In this document: in pieces, positions 56,774 through 64,000 of the stretch
How the letters are laid out: every line of letters starts with the position of its first letter
How positions within the stretch are numbered: position 1 is the stretch's first letter
DNA from: Steroidobacteraceae bacterium
GTDB lineage: Bacteria > Pseudomonadota > Gammaproteobacteria > Steroidobacterales > Steroidobacteraceae
DNA: 64,000 nucleotides
NCBI GenBank assembly: GCA_035760965.1
Contig: DASTRY010000057.1
Location: 22,178 to 86,177 of the forward strand
Direction of reading: 5' to 3'
Notes under the pieces: generated by a model
Told to the model about the DNA's origin: nothing
Seen by the model: only the letters and a program-made list of their open reading frames with translations
The model's database searches: none
Position numbers and translations under genes: made by a program

Positions 56774-57652
56774 CTACTTCAGCGCTCCGGCGGCACGCAG
56801 GTCCGCGGCGAGCTTCGCGTGGTGCCCCGCCGAAAGCGGTACGAGCGGCAGCCGGATGCCCCCCTGGATCAGGCCCATGCGCTCCAGCGCCCACTTCGCC
56901 GGGATCGGGTTCGCTTCGAGGAACAGGTCCCGATGAAGCGCCGCGAGTGGTGCGTCCAGCTCGGAGGCACGGGCACGGTCACCCTTGACGGCGGCCGCGA
57001 CCATCTGCGACATCGCGCGCGGCGCAACGTTCGCGGTTACCGAGATCACCCCGTGCGCGCCGGCCAGCAACACCTCGCGGGCTGTGGCGTCGTCGCCGCT
57101 GAGGATGGTGAATCCTGGACGCACGACATCGAGGAGCTCGCGCACGCGATCGACGCCCGCAACGCCCTCCTTCAGTCCGACGATCTGCGGGATCTGTGCG
57201 AGCCGCGCGACTGTCGCCGGCAGCAGGTCCACCGCGGTACGGCTCGGGATGTTGTACAGAATGACCGGCACGCGTGACGCCTCGGCGACTGCCGCGAAAT
57301 GCCTGTACAGGCCCTCCTGCGGCGGTCGGTTGTACGCCGGCGTGACGACGAGCAGAGCGTCGATCGGCAGCTCGGAAAGCCAACGAGCGCGCGCGATCGT
57401 GCTGGCGGTACTGCTCGTGCCCGCGCCCACGATGACCGGAATGCGTTTCTTGATCTGGGCACACGCGCGCTCGGTCAGCTCGCGCAGCTCCGCTTCGGTG
57501 ATCGTCGCGGATTCGCCGGTCGTGCCCCCGACGACGATGCCGTCGGTCCCGTTCTCCAGGTGAAAGTCCAGCAGACGCGCCCACGCATCGAAATCGACGT
57601 CCCCGCCGTCGCGCATGGGCGTGACGATGGCGACCAAACTGCCCTGAAACAT
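56774..57652 (-). CDS. dapA: 4-hydroxy-tetrahydrodipicolinate synthase
   Basis: 292-aa protein: MFQGSLVAIVTPM.. ..GTTGES.. ..YNIPSRT... Confidence 0.96.
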   Translation of the reverse strand: MFQGSLVAIVTPMRDGGDVDFDAWARLLDFHLENGTDGIVVGGTTGESATITEAELRELTERACAQIKKRIPVIVGAGTSSTASTIARARWLSELPIDALLVVTPAYNRPPQEGLYRHFAAVAEASRVPVILYNIPSRTAVDLLPATVARLAQIPQIVGLKEGVAGVDRVRELLDVVRPGFTILSGDDATAREVLLAGAHGVISVTANVAPRAMSQMVAAAVKGDRARASELDAPLAALHRDLFLEANPIPAKWALERMGLIQGGIRLPLVPLSAGHHAKLAADLRAAGALK

Positions 57653-57825
57653 CGTTGTGCAACTCTTGAATTTTCGCGGTCGTGATGGGCGCGCAGCGCG
57701 CTCCGCACGGCTCCGGCGGCCGCGCTATCTTAGCCGATGTCACCCCGCTTATCCGGCCTATGGCGGCGCCCGGCGGGTGGTACACTGCGCGCGGGCACCA
57801 CGGACCCCGCCAAATTTCGCGAAAG

Positions 57826-58356
57826 ATGAAGCAGCACCTGGCCGTTTCGGCGATCGGCAGCGACCGCACTGGGATGGTTCACGAGCTGACCCGCGTCATC
57901 AGCGAATGCGGCGGCAACATCAGCGAGAGCCGTATGGCCAACCTCGGGTCCGAGTTCGCCATGCTGCTGCTCGTGTCCGGCAACTGGCACGCGCTCGCGA
58001 AGCTCGAAACCGAGCTCAAGCGTCTCGCCGAGGGCTCGAGCCTCAGCATTCATCTCAAGCGTACCGAGCCGCGCGCGGCGCGCACGGACATGCTGCCGTA
58101 CTCGATCGACGTCGTCTGCCTCGACCAGAGCGGCATCGTCTCCGGGCTGTCGGGGTTCTTCGCGACGCGCGGCATCGATATCGCGGAGGTCTCGACGCGC
58201 AGCTATCCGGCCGCGCATACCGGCGCGCCCATGTTCTCGGTGCAGATGATCGTCAACGTCCCCAGCCGCATTCATGTCGCGCACCTGCGCGAGGAGTTCA
58301 TGGAGTTCTGCGACTCGCTGAACCTCGATGCGATCCTCGAGCCCGTGAAGTCGTGA
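57826..58356 (+). CDS. gcvR: glycine cleavage system transcriptional repressor GcvR (tandem ACT domains)
   Basis: MKQHLAVSAIGSDRTGMVHELTRVISECGGNISESRM... It is divergent from dapA and followed by bcp, as in E. coli. Confidence 0.85.
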   Translation: MKQHLAVSAIGSDRTGMVHELTRVISECGGNISESRMANLGSEFAMLLLVSGNWHALAKLETELKRLAEGSSLSIHLKRTEPRAARTDMLPYSIDVVCLDQSGIVSGLSGFFATRGIDIAEVSTRSYPAAHTGAPMFSVQMIVNVPSRIHVAHLREEFMEFCDSLNLDAILEPVKS

Positions 58357-58829
58357 CGGTCGCCGTCGGAAAGAAGGTTCCGGATTTCACCGTGCCTGTC
58401 ACGGGCGGCAAGACCTGGTCGCTGCGTGAGACCCTCCGGGAAGGCAAAGGCGAGAAGCTCGTGATCTATTTCTACCCGAAGGACATGACGGCCGGCTGCA
58501 CTCGGGAGAGTCAGGACTTTCGCGACCACTACGCCGCGTTCCGGAAGGCCAAGGTGCGCGTGGTGGGTATTTCGCGCGATAGCATCGCCTCGCACGAGAA
58601 GTTTCGCGCCAAGGAGGCGCTGCCGTTCGAGCTGCTCTCGGACGCGGACGAGAAAGTCTGCCGGCTCTTCGATGTGATCAAGGAAAAGACGTTGTATGGT
58701 CGCAAATATATGGGCGTCGATCGCAGCACGTTCCTGATCGACGCGGACGGCATCCTGCGACGCGAATGGCGCGGCGTGAAAGTACCCGGCCACGTGGAGG
58801 AAGTACTTGAAGCGGCGAAGTCTCTCTGA
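58353..58829 (+). CDS. bcp: thiol peroxidase Bcp (peroxiredoxin Q-type)
   Basis: ..VIYFYPKDMTAGCTRESQDF.. ..GISRDS... The GTG start overlaps the gcvR stop (GTGA). Confidence 0.9.
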   Translation: MTVAVGKKVPDFTVPVTGGKTWSLRETLREGKGEKLVIYFYPKDMTAGCTRESQDFRDHYAAFRKAKVRVVGISRDSIASHEKFRAKEALPFELLSDADEKVCRLFDVIKEKTLYGRKYMGVDRSTFLIDADGILRREWRGVKVPGHVEEVLEAAKSL

Positions 58830-60270
58830 TCCCTCTCCCGCCGGCGCCAGTGCCGGTTCACAGTCCAAGTCGCGCGCCGTCCGACGCGTGTTCGTGCTCG
58901 ACACGAACGTCCTGATGCACGATCCGACCGCGATATTCCGCTTCGAGGAGCACGACGTCTTCCTGCCGATGGTGGTGCTCGAAGAGCTCGACGCGCACAA
59001 GAAAGGCTTGTCCGAGCAGTCGCGCAATGTACGCCAGGTGAGCCGTTTCCTCGACGACATGATGCGCGGGGTGACCAAGGAGCAGATCGATCAGGGCTTG
59101 CCGCTGCCCTCGGGGTACTCCGGCAATCACGGCAAGAAGCCCTCGAGCGGCCGGCTCTACTTCCAGACGAAGGAGCTCTCGAGCGCGCTCCCGCACGCCC
59201 TGCCCGGCGGCTCGGACAACGCGATTCTCGGCCAGACGCTCGCGCTCCAGAAAGACCTGCCGGACACGCGCGTCGTGCTGGTCTCGAAGGACATCAATCT
59301 GCGCATCAAGGCCGCCGTGCTCGGCGTGCACGCGGAGGACTACTACAGCGACAAGACGCTCGAAGACACGGACGTCCTGTATTCGGGCATGACCGCGCTG
59401 CCCGCGAACTTCTGGGAGAGCCACGGCAAGGACATGCGCTCGTGGAAAGAAGGCGACCGCACCTTCTACGAGGTGAGCGGCCCGTCCGTGAGCGAGTGGC
59501 ACACGAACCAGTGCGTCTTCGAAGACAGCGCGCAAGGGATCGAAGCGATCGTGCGCAAAGCGGAGGGCGAGCGCGCGACGCTCGAGCTGCTGCGCGACTA
59601 TCGGAACGAGCGGCACAGCGTGTGGGGCATCACGGCCCGCAATCGCGAGCAGAACTTCGCGCTGAATCTGCTGATGGATCCCGAGATCGATCTGGTCACC
59701 GTGCTCGGCCCGGCCGGCACCGGCAAGACGCTGCTCGCGCTCGCGGCCGGCCTCATGCAGACGCTCGAGACGAATCGGTTCGTCGAGATCATCATGACGC
59801 GCGTGACGATTCCGCTCGGCGAAGACATCGGCTTCCTGCCGGGCACCGAAGAGGAAAAGATGGAGCCCTGGATGGGCGCGCTCATGGACAATCTCGAAGT
59901 GCTCACCCAGAGCCAGGAAGGCGGCAACTGGGGGCGCGCGGCGACCAACGACCTGCTGCGCAACCGGATCAAGATCCGCTCGCTGAATTTCATGCGCGGC
60001 CGGACGTTCCTGAACCGCTACATCATCCTCGACGAGGCGCAGAACCTAACGCCCAAGCAGATGAAGGCGCTCATCACGCGCGCCGGGCCCGGCACCAAGA
60101 TCGCCTGCCTCGGCAACATCGCGCAGATCGATACGCCCTACCTCACGGAGATGACCTCGGGCCTCACCTATTCGGTGAATCGCTTCCGCGGCTGGCCGCA
60201 TGCCGGTCACATCACCCTTACCCGGGGTGAACGATCGCGGCTCGCGGACTTTGCTTCGGATACTCTGTGA
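58807..60270 (+). CDS. PhoH2-type protein (N-terminal PIN domain fused to a PhoH-like ATPase)
   Basis: ..VFVLDTNVLMHDP..VVLEELD.. (PIN) and ..[15 protein letters not shown].. ..IILDEAQN.. (PhoH). The TTG at 58807 has GGAGGA 5 nt upstream. Confidence 0.85.
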   Translation: MKRRSLSDPSPAGASAGSQSKSRAVRRVFVLDTNVLMHDPTAIFRFEEHDVFLPMVVLEELDAHKKGLSEQSRNVRQVSRFLDDMMRGVTKEQIDQGLPLPSGYSGNHGKKPSSGRLYFQTKELSSALPHALPGGSDNAILGQTLALQKDLPDTRVVLVSKDINLRIKAAVLGVHAEDYYSDKTLEDTDVLYSGMTALPANFWESHGKDMRSWKEGDRTFYEVSGPSVSEWHTNQCVFEDSAQGIEAIVRKAEGERATLELLRDYRNERHSVWGITARNREQNFALNLLMDPEIDLVTVLGPAGTGKTLLALAAGLMQTLETNRFVEIIMTRVTIPLGEDIGFLPGTEEEKMEPWMGALMDNLEVLTQSQEGGNWGRAATNDLLRNRIKIRSLNFMRGRTFLNRYIILDEAQNLTPKQMKALITRAGPGTKIACLGNIAQIDTPYLTEMTSGLTYSVNRFRGWPHAGHITLTRGERSRLADFASDTL

Positions 60271-60331
60271 GCAGGGGAAACTAGCCGGCCGCCTTGCGGT
60301 CGAACGCAGGTCACGCTCCCGGGCCAGCACA

Positions 60332-61879
60332 GTGAAATTCGACACAGTTCAGCGGGCGATCGAGCACGTGCGCGCACAGTCGCGCCGCATCGGTGCGGGC
60401 CTCGTGGGGCTCGGCTTCGCGCTGAGTCTCGCGGTGTTCTGCGCACCCATGCCCGCCGCGGCCCAGGTCAACACGGCCACGGAGCTGCCGGACATCGGCA
60501 GCCCGGCCGGTGCGCTCGTCACCCAGAACGAGGAGTACCAGCTCGGCGCGCAGATCGTGAAGAGCCTGCGCGACCAGAAAGCGATTCTCGAAGACCCGGA
60601 GGTCACCGAGTACCTGCAGCAGCTCGGGCAGCGCATCGCTGCGCAGGCGCCCGATGGGAACCGCAAGTTCACCTTCTTCCCCGTGCGCGAGAACACGATC
60701 AACGCGTTCGCGCTGCCAGGTGGCTTCATCGGTGTGAACTACGGAACGGTGCTCGCGAGCCGCAACGAGTCGGAGCTCGCCGGCGTCATCGGTCACGAAA
60801 TCGCGCACGTCACGCAGCGGCACATTGCGCGCACGATCAAGGCGCAGAGCTCGCAGGGCATCGCGCAGACCGCCGCGATTCTGGCGGCGATTCTGATCGG
60901 CGCGATCGCAGGCGGTGCGGATGCCATGCAGGGCGCGATCGCCATCGCGCAGGGCGCCGCGGCTCAGCAGCAGGTCAACTTCACGCGCGCGAACGAGTAC
61001 GAGGCCGATCGCGTCGGCATCGGCTTCGTCGCTGCCGCAGGCTTCGATCCGAACGGCATGGCCACGTTCTTCGAAGCCATGTCGCGCCACGAAGGGCTCG
61101 CGGGCCAGTGGGTTCCGGAAATGGTGCAGACGCACCCGGTCAACGCGAATCGCATCGCGGAAGCGCGCGCCCGCGCGGCGCAGTTCGATCGACCGAAGGT
61201 GAGCGAGTCCGCGACGTACGAGTGCATCCGCGAGCGCTTGCGCGTGATCACCGCGCCTCACGACGGCGACATCGCGGCGCGCTATGCAAAGGAAACGACG
61301 GCGGCGAAAGGTTCGCTCGGCCAGCAGTACGGCCTTGCACTCGCGCTGATGGAGAGCGGCAAGAACCAGCAGGCTGCGGAAATCCTGCACGGGCTGGTCG
61401 AGAAGCACGAGAATCTCACGCTGCTCTACTCCGCGCTGGCGCAGGCCGAAGTTCAGGGCGGCTTGCAGAACGACGGCATGGCGACGTATCAGCGCGCAGT
61501 GCGGCTCTTCCCGCGCAACGTCCCGCTGACCGTGCGCTATGCTGAGGCGCTGATGGCGGCGGGTAAGCCCAAGGAGGCGCACGCGCTGCTGCTCGATCTC
61601 TTCAACAACATCGCGCCGACTCCGGATCAGATACAGCTCACCGCGTTGGCCGCGAGCGCCGCGGGCGATACCGGTGATGCGTACTACTACATGAGCGAGT
61701 ACCACATCTCGAGCGGCGACCTGCCGCTTGCGGTTCAGCAGTTGCAGCTCGCTCTTGCGGCGCCCAACCTGACTTCGGTGCAGCGCCAGCGCTTCCAGGC
61801 GCGGCTCGATGAGCTGCGCGACTATCTGGCCAGCGTTCGGGTGCGAAAGGTCAGTCGCGGACAAGGCTCGGGCGGCTGA
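60332..61879 (+). CDS. bepA: beta-barrel assembly-enhancing protease BepA-like (M48 peptidase with C-terminal TPR)
   Basis: Signal peptide, HEIAH zinc motif (..GVIGHEIAHVTQRH..) and C-terminal TPR-like helices. The GTG start at 60332 is tentative. Confidence 0.85.
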   Translation: MKFDTVQRAIEHVRAQSRRIGAGLVGLGFALSLAVFCAPMPAAAQVNTATELPDIGSPAGALVTQNEEYQLGAQIVKSLRDQKAILEDPEVTEYLQQLGQRIAAQAPDGNRKFTFFPVRENTINAFALPGGFIGVNYGTVLASRNESELAGVIGHEIAHVTQRHIARTIKAQSSQGIAQTAAILAAILIGAIAGGADAMQGAIAIAQGAAAQQQVNFTRANEYEADRVGIGFVAAAGFDPNGMATFFEAMSRHEGLAGQWVPEMVQTHPVNANRIAEARARAAQFDRPKVSESATYECIRERLRVITAPHDGDIAARYAKETTAAKGSLGQQYGLALALMESGKNQQAAEILHGLVEKHENLTLLYSALAQAEVQGGLQNDGMATYQRAVRLFPRNVPLTVRYAEALMAAGKPKEAHALLLDLFNNIAPTPDQIQLTALAASAAGDTGDAYYYMSEYHISSGDLPLAVQQLQLALAAPNLTSVQRQRFQARLDELRDYLASVRVRKVSRGQGSGG

Positions 61880-61998
61880 CGATCCCTCCATTGGGGGATT
61901 CGTCCCTCTCTCCGTCCGTCGCAATTCGGCCACGCATGAAGGTCGCGCAGTGCGGCTGCTACAATGCGCGCCCACTCAGGCCTCTGTGCACACTCGCC

Positions 61999-62739
61999 AT
62001 GCGATCGACCGCCGCGCTCGTTGTAGGTTTGTCACTGCTCGTTGCGGGCTGCGTCGCGCCGCCGGCGAAGAAGGATCCGCGCGATCCGTTCGAGCGCGTC
62101 AATCGGGCCACGTTCAAATTCAACGACGCGCTCGATCGAGCCGTGCTGCGCCCAGTGGCAAAGGGCTACAAGAAAGTCACGCCGTCGTTCGTGCAGACGG
62201 GCGTCTCCAATTTCTTCAGCAACCTCGAGCAGCCGCGGGTGATCGTCAGTGACCTGCTGCAGGCGAAATTCAAGCCGGCGGCCTCCGATACCGGCCGGTT
62301 CCTGCTCAATACGACGATCGGTCTCGGTGGGCTGCTCGATCCGGCCACGGCGGCCGGTCTCGACAAGAACGACGAGGACCTCGGACAGGCATTCGGCAAA
62401 TGGGGCATCGGGCCCGGGCCCTATCTCATGGTCCCGTTCTTCGGGCCGAGCACCGTGCGGGACGGCATCGGCCGCATCGGTCAGGTCTACATCCACCCGC
62501 TGCACTACGTCGAAAACGATGCCTGGCGGTATAGCCTGGAAGGTCTGGGCGTGATCGACACGCGTGTCGGGCTGCTCGAGACCGATCAAGCGCTCGCGAG
62601 CGCTTACGATCGCTATGCGTTCATCCGGAACGCGTTCCTGCAGCGGCGGGAATATCAGGTGACGGACGGCAACGTCTCGCCGGTCGATGAGGAGCTCGAA
62701 GACCCGCTCGAAGATCCCGAGCCGCCCGAGCAGAAGTAG
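61999..62739 (+). CDS. mlaA: phospholipid-binding lipoprotein MlaA (VacJ)
   Basis: Lipobox LLVAGC, then ..DPFERVNRATFKFND.. ..GPYLMVPFFGPSTVRD... Confidence 0.92.
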   Translation: MRSTAALVVGLSLLVAGCVAPPAKKDPRDPFERVNRATFKFNDALDRAVLRPVAKGYKKVTPSFVQTGVSNFFSNLEQPRVIVSDLLQAKFKPAASDTGRFLLNTTIGLGGLLDPATAAGLDKNDEDLGQAFGKWGIGPGPYLMVPFFGPSTVRDGIGRIGQVYIHPLHYVENDAWRYSLEGLGVIDTRVGLLETDQALASAYDRYAFIRNAFLQRREYQVTDGNVSPVDEELEDPLEDPEPPEQK

Positions 62740-62756
62740 CGCGGCGCGATCGCGCG

Positions 62757-63083
62757 CTACGCGGGGGACTCGAGGAGCGGGGTCACCTCGCTGATTTGCG
62801 CCGCCGCGCGAATGCCCTCGGGAAGGTTCGCGAAGCGCAGCTTGCAGCCGACGCGTGTGGCCGCGGCGAGCCATTCGATGAGCACCGCCAATCCGGCACT
62901 GTCGGACTCGGTCACTCCCGCACAGTCCACGAGCAGATTCGCGCCGCCTCGTTTGCGGATCGCGCGCAGCCCCGCGTCATACGCGACGCGCGCGGTGGCG
63001 AACGTGAGCGCACCACGAACGTCGAGGCGATCGGGCGCCGCCTCGATCACCTCGACTGTTTTCCGTTGCGGCACGAAGGCCAA
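62757..63083 (-). CDS. mlaB: STAS-domain protein MlaB
   Basis: 108-aa STAS fold (..VDCAGVTESDSAGLAVLIEW..), the last gene after mlaC. Confidence 0.8.
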   Translation of the reverse strand: MAFVPQRKTVEVIEAAPDRLDVRGALTFATARVAYDAGLRAIRKRGGANLLVDCAGVTESDSAGLAVLIEWLAAATRVGCKLRFANLPEGIRAAAQISEVTPLLESPA

Positions 63084-63086
63084 GCG

Positions 63087-63749
63087 TCAGGCCGCCTTCT
63101 TGGTGCCCGGCGCCGGTGTGCCGCCCTTCTCCATGCGGTCGATCACCGCATCGAGACCCTTCTGGTCGATCTCGGCGCCGAAGTCCTCGCGGAAGCTCTT
63201 CACGTAGCTGATGCCGTCGATCACGACATCCCACGCCTTCCAGCCCTCCGGCGTCTTGTGCAGCGTGTAGTTCACCGACACCTTGTCGCCGTTGCTGCGC
63301 TTGATCTCGGTGCGCACGGTGGCGTTGTCCGCTTTGCTGTCCACCTGCGACGGGAAGACCTTCATCCGATCGCTGGTGAAATCCGCCAGCGCACTGCCGT
63401 AGTTCTTCAGCAGCGACTGGTAGAACGCCTTGACGAACCGGTCGCGCTGCTCGGGCGTCGCCTCGCGCCAGTGCTTGCCGAGCACGAGCCGCGCGGAGTA
63501 CTGCGTGTCGAATACCGGCAGCAGGTGCTTCTCCACCAGCGCGTTGATCTTCGACGGATCCTGCTTGTAGGCCGCACGATCCTTGTCGAGGTCCTGCAGC
63601 ATCGCGTTGGCGACGCTCTCGACCAGCTTGCTCGGATCGTCCGCTTTCGCCTCCGGCGGCGGCGGCGCAGTGGGCTTCGGGACGTCCGCGGCATGCGCTG
63701 CGCCCGCGGCGAGCACGATGCTCGCGACAATCGAATACCACACTCTCAT
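63087..63749 (-). CDS. mlaC: phospholipid transport periplasmic protein MlaC (Ttg2D)
   Basis: 220-aa protein with a signal peptide and a Tol-tolerance-like domain (..LGKHWREATPEQRDRF..). Confidence 0.88.
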   Translation of the reverse strand: MRVWYSIVASIVLAAGAAHAADVPKPTAPPPPEAKADDPSKLVESVANAMLQDLDKDRAAYKQDPSKINALVEKHLLPVFDTQYSARLVLGKHWREATPEQRDRFVKAFYQSLLKNYGSALADFTSDRMKVFPSQVDSKADNATVRTEIKRSNGDKVSVNYTLHKTPEGWKAWDVVIDGISYVKSFREDFGAEIDQKGLDAVIDRMEKGGTPAPGTKKAA

Positions 63750-64000
63750 TGCTGCTTCTCCTTACCCTCGTTCGACGCGCCAGCGTCGCTCTTGCTCGAG
63801 CCCGAGTCGCTGTCGCTGCCCTTGCTGGCGAAGTTGGCGAAGAACTTGTTCACGAGGCTCTCCAGCACGATGGCGGACTGCGTGAAGGTGATGGTGCTGC
63901 CGTCCTTCAGGAACGTGTCCGAGCCGCCCGGGCTGATGCCGATGTACTTGCCGCCGAGCAAGCCCTGCGTCTGGATGCTCGCGTCGCTGTCGTCGGGAAT
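63746..64000 (-). CDS. mlaD: MlaD (MCE domain protein), C-terminal part; continues beyond the window
   Basis: The frame is open to position 64000 (..IQTQGLLGGKYIGISPGGS..). An ATGA overlap links it to the mlaC start. Confidence 0.8.
   Translation of the reverse strand: MPDDSDASIQTQGLLGGKYIGISPGGSDTFLKDGSTITFTQSAIVLESLVNKFFANFASKGSDSDSGSSKSDAGASNEGKEKQQ

Overview
This is a GC-rich proteobacterial core-chromosome segment. The gene order is typical of Gammaproteobacteria, Xanthomonadales/Nevskiales-like, with several blocks syntenic to E. coli and Pseudomonas. It is almost fully coding, with about 60 protein genes and 4 RNA genes.

Left to right:
- 5' part of a citrate-synthase/citryl-CoA-lyase-like gene.
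- Complete 14-gene complex I operon nuoA-N (minus strand).
- tRNA-Leu(GAG), secG, tpiA, glmM, folP, ftsH, rlmE, greA, carB, carA, dapB.
- The dnaJ-dnaK-grpE-hrcA heat-shock block.
- nadK-recN, fur, bamE, rnfH-ratA, smpB and a convergent tmRNA gene (tag ANDDNYALAA).
- A less conserved stretch at about 38.9-48.4 kb: DUF481 outer-membrane protein, UdgX-like uracil-DNA glycosylase, aguB, monothiol DsbA-like protein, Gfo/Idh/MocA oxidoreductase, three small hypothetical or membrane ORFs, prc, an uncharacterised coiled-coil protein and DUF1249.
- ppsR/ppsA, orn, rsgA, recR-ybaB-dnaX, SRP RNA, tRNA-Ser(GGA), a short lipoprotein in the bamC position, dapA, gcvR-bcp, PIN-PhoH (PhoH2), bepA, mlaA and mlaB-C-D (mlaD truncated by the window end).

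I saw no transposases, integrases, prophage genes, CRISPR arrays or recognisable defence or secretion islands. I cannot support a claim of a new multi-gene system here.

The points most worth a second look:
- the UdgX-type (KRRIH-loop) glycosylase;
- the coiled-coil/DUF1249 pair with a leaderless-type promoter;
- the small-ORF cluster next to prc;
- lineage-specific low-complexity insertions in complex I subunits, especially a His-rich loop in NuoL;
- an AT-rich 22-bp palindrome over the nuo promoter region;
- a roughly 80-residue mature lipoprotein where bamC normally sits.

Many very long ORFs in the supplied track are stop-free antisense or out-of-frame artefacts of the high GC content and were rejected.
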